This document shows positions 61,184-64,000 of a DNA stretch of 64,000 nt, in pieces (the first letter of the stretch is position 1; every line of letters starts with the position of its first letter). Below the pieces are notes generated by a model, which was given only the letters and a program-made list of their open reading frames with translations, did not search any database and was not told where the DNA came from. The position numbers were made by a program, and so were the translations under genes. Origin of the DNA: an uncultured Nitrospiraceae bacterium (GTDB lineage Bacteria; Nitrospirota; Thermodesulfovibrionia; Thermodesulfovibrionales; SM23-35). The stretch covers positions 224,001 through 288,000 of the forward strand of contig CAVSHB010000003.1 in NCBI GenBank assembly GCA_963727775.1, given 5' to 3'.

Positions 61184-61961
61184 CCGAACAAGTCGCAGCC
61201 ATCCTCTTAAAATCGGCGGCTGAGCTCCGCGGTACAATATTCTTTTGATATTTCTCAGACTTTTGATAATCACAAAACTGTTTGTTCGTAGGTGGACTCC
61301 GCAAACCGTCCACTTCGCTGATAATCTCAGATTTGATATAATTTTGCATGATATCTAATACTCCTTCTTGGAAAGAAAAAGTTGATCCTGCCTTTGATAA
61401 ATTCATAAAATTCTACTTAGAATTTCTCACAATTAGTCAGCTCCCCGGAAATAAAGGCTATCTCGCGTTATACGATAGGAATCTGAGGACGTTGGAAATT
61501 GAAGGCTTCCCGAGTCTTGCATCAGTTTACGAACATGATAACGCTAGGGAAGCGTTTGTTGATTTAAGTATCATTATGGATGAACCACTGACAGAGGAAC
61601 AATTAAGGGAAATAAAGAAAGAAGTCAAGAAGGTAAAAAATATATTTTCACTAATGATAGAGCTTGCAGAAATTATGCAGGAAGAAAGTAAAAAGTACTA
61701 TTTGAAGGCATTTGAAATTTTCTCTTCGGAAGAGACCTACAATAAATATACATCCGGAAGAGAAGAAACCGAAGTTAAAGAGAGAATAAAAAAAGCAGCG
61801 GGTGATGCAATCTCATTCTGGTTTAATTGGTTGGTTATTCCCTCAGAAAATATAAAAGAAGAAATCAGGAAGAGCGTCCAGCTAAGAAATTTTAAATATA
61901 GTACGAGAATGATCAAGCGAAATCTTTTCTATACGTGGGACGCAATTTCTATTATGGTTAA

Positions 61962-63582
61962 CCCGAAAAGTGCAGATAGAAAAGACATACCTGTAGATAC
62001 AAGCCCATCAAGGCATTATCGGAATTAGCGTTAGCAAAGCTAATCTTTGCACTGTTTCTTGGCACATCTCCTTTTGAATTTTATTGTCATCTTCCAACTG
62101 CAGTGCAAATACCGATACCGGGCGGAAAGTATTGTCCTATGCGGTTAAAGAGGTATAACAGTTTTGATCGTACTTTCTGCGTAAAGACGGATATTCGCAA
62201 TACAGGCTTCCTGCCATCCCATCCCAAATGAGCGGGGAGTACAAAATACTTATACCGCAAGGTCTTCAAGCGTTCTATCTTTTCTTGCTGCCCCAGTATC
62301 TGATGTCGAAACAGGACAAACAGATTGTAGATGAATACCCGGATAAGCATCGCCGCCTCTGTTGAATAGAAATACTTCATCGAGAACCCACCAAGCGCAA
62401 AATCCTCTTTCAGTTCCTTGATAGTGTTTTCATCGTTTGCCCTCGGCCTGCACTGCTTCCATACCTCATATGCAGGATCATGCGAATTGGTTATCCATAC
62501 GCTATAACGATAGTTACCTGTATCAAACTCATCTCCAAAGAGAGACAGCTCCTTTCCCATCGCGTGCGGTCTCTTCTTTATATCCTGCCGAACTGCAATG
62601 AATCTCCTGTCGGTTATCCAATCCGCATGCTGAAAAAGAAACTCCGTGATCCATATTCCATCCTCTATCTGCTGCCAATTTTGTTGTGCATAAACCATTC
62701 TCTGCAAAGGATGGTACAGACGAGCGGCTATGATATAGATTAATTTTCTCCGCTCCAAAAGCTCGATAAATTCCCTGAGATAAAATCCGCTGTCCGCAAT
62801 AACACCCTTAATATCAATATGCTCGCTGATCCTCTGCCATGTGGACTCGAAAAATCCAATGATATTATTCCATGACATCACATTGCCCGGACGATTCCAC
62901 AGATGCACCACATATTTGCTCTTGTTCAGAAATGCCAGAAGCGGGCTGTGGCTACCACGGCCCTTCTTCTTCGGGTTATATCCCCTCTTTGCCCCCTCCT
63001 GTTTGCCGTATCTCTCAAGGACTGTAGAATCAAACGTCAACCAGTCCTCTTTGAGCTCCTCCCAGGGAATCAATTTCTTCAAGTATCCCCATAACCCCTC
63101 CGACATCTCTTCCACATCCTTCAGTTTCCTGATCTTCCTGAAAAGCCTGCCCAATGTCGTCGAGGCTAGAGGAAGCCTCTTCACTGCAAAAAGATCAGTG
63201 AAAATCTCCTGCCAGCCAAGATAAAGCAGATGAGAAAACCTGCTGCCTCCCGCATAGATCAGAAGTATGTACGCCAATACCTTGCTGTATATCCCCATTC
63301 CATTGGGCGAACTCTCATGGACCGGAATCACCTCTTGCAATATCCCTCTCAATTTGACCTTTTCAAAGAATGCCGCCAATAAACTGAAGCCCCCATATGC
63401 AGTCAGCTTCTTCTCCGTAAATCCAATCCTCACTTTATTTATTTCAATGTTTGTGCTACATTTTGACTGCATATTTCTATTCTCCTTTCGTTTAGAGTTG
63501 ATGGTCGGTCAAACCTATTGATTCTAATACGAAAGGAGAATTTCTTTGGGGATATTATTTTAGGTCAACTGCATTTTTTGGG
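61962..63582 (-). mobile_element. IS1380-family element, copy B
   Basis: Ends CCCGAAAAGTGCAG and CTGCATTTTTTGGG; TTAA at 61958-61961 and 63583-63586. Confidence 0.9.
62087..63472 (-). CDS. IS1380-family transposase (diverged paralog of 52047-53429)
   Basis: Same motifs; roughly 90% amino-acid identity by eye, not computed. Confidence 0.92.
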   Translation of the reverse strand: MQSKCSTNIEINKVRIGFTEKKLTAYGGFSLLAAFFEKVKLRGILQEVIPVHESSPNGMGIYSKVLAYILLIYAGGSRFSHLLYLGWQEIFTDLFAVKRLPLASTTLGRLFRKIRKLKDVEEMSEGLWGYLKKLIPWEELKEDWLTFDSTVLERYGKQEGAKRGYNPKKKGRGSHSPLLAFLNKSKYVVHLWNRPGNVMSWNNIIGFFESTWQRISEHIDIKGVIADSGFYLREFIELLERRKLIYIIAARLYHPLQRMVYAQQNWQQIEDGIWITEFLFQHADWITDRRFIAVRQDIKKRPHAMGKELSLFGDEFDTGNYRYSVWITNSHDPAYEVWKQCRPRANDENTIKELKEDFALGGFSMKYFYSTEAAMLIRVFIYNLFVLFRHQILGQQEKIERLKTLRYKYFVLPAHLGWDGRKPVLRISVFTQKVRSKLLYLFNRIGQYFPPGIGICTAVGR

Positions 63583-64000
63583 TTAACGGCACTTCATTGA
63601 AGGAGCTATACAAGAAAGCAAAAGACGGAGATGATGACTCCCTATTCAAGTTGATTCAAATTGATAAAACCTTTTTTGATCATAAATGGGTCAGAACGCG
63701 AACAAATAAAGCAGCTTATTCTGGAGATATCGAGTTCTTTGAATCTCTTGGCAACGCTATCAAAACCGATCCCTTGAGACATGATAGCAGACAAGATAGG
63801 ATTGACAAGTTATTTGTCGTAATAAAGTTTTTCTGGAACTATGGTTTGTATAGGCTTAGTGACTATGAGCTTCATGATCTGCTTATAAGCGACAGCATCT
63901 GTAGTGAGCTTGGGACTCATGAGAATGTAGAATCCTTCATAAGATTTCTTCAAAGGCATCGAGCTTACCTTCCTAAATAAGTACGCCTAACCGGACATAG

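Larger units (their letters stand above)
61348..63980 (+). pseudogene. Hypothetical gene (~335 aa) interrupted by IS1380 copy B
   Basis: Removing the IS and one TTAA restores the frame ...SIMVN|GTSLKELYKKAKDGDDDSLFK... Confidence 0.8.

Noticed and set aside
51920..63582. Composite transposon bounded by the two IS1380 copies
   Set aside because: The copies are diverged, each has its own target duplication, and copy B splits a contiguous gene, so these are independent insertions
1..64000. CRISPR array, cas genes, rRNA
   Set aside because: No regularly spaced direct repeats, Cas-like ORFs or rRNA-like sequence seen

Overview
A 64-kb accessory region of a Gram-negative bacterium, rich in mobile elements and decaying genes. 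The taxon cannot be fixed from sequence alone. From left to right: (1) a YbhFSR-type ABC export operon with a divergent TetR regulator and outer-membrane factor; (2) two PIN-domain genes fused tail-to-tail and a HigBA-type toxin-antitoxin (TA) pair; (3) an apparently complete IS110 whose left end carries a readable bridge-RNA structure; (4) a long minus-strand glycogen/phosphoketolase/acetate operon (pgm-glgP-ackA-xfp-rpiB-aldolase-pgi-rpe) ending in a P3A-type H+-ATPase, with USP, DedA and acetolactate synthase nearby; (5) an SOS-box-preceded lexA/umuD-like-dinB-uvrD-DUF72-small Cys protein operon; (6) an envelope block with Pal, a porin pseudogene split by a three-gene IS21, VapBC, a histidine kinase, ClC and three tandem Lpp/OprI-like lipoproteins of different length, where both lipoprotein loci sit behind paralogous leader ORFs ending HSGxSPPxV; (7) three IS1380-family copies, an IS1634, a NhaP antiporter and a tRNA-Sec gene cut at its anticodon loop, the probable att junction of an element extending to the right. 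The best candidates for new biology are the SPP-tailed leader ORFs upstream of peptidoglycan-tethering lipoproteins, the length-graded lipoprotein array, the decodable IS110 bridge RNA, the SOS cassette and the 5'-half selC junction. All assignments are by eye; no database searches or folding programs were run.
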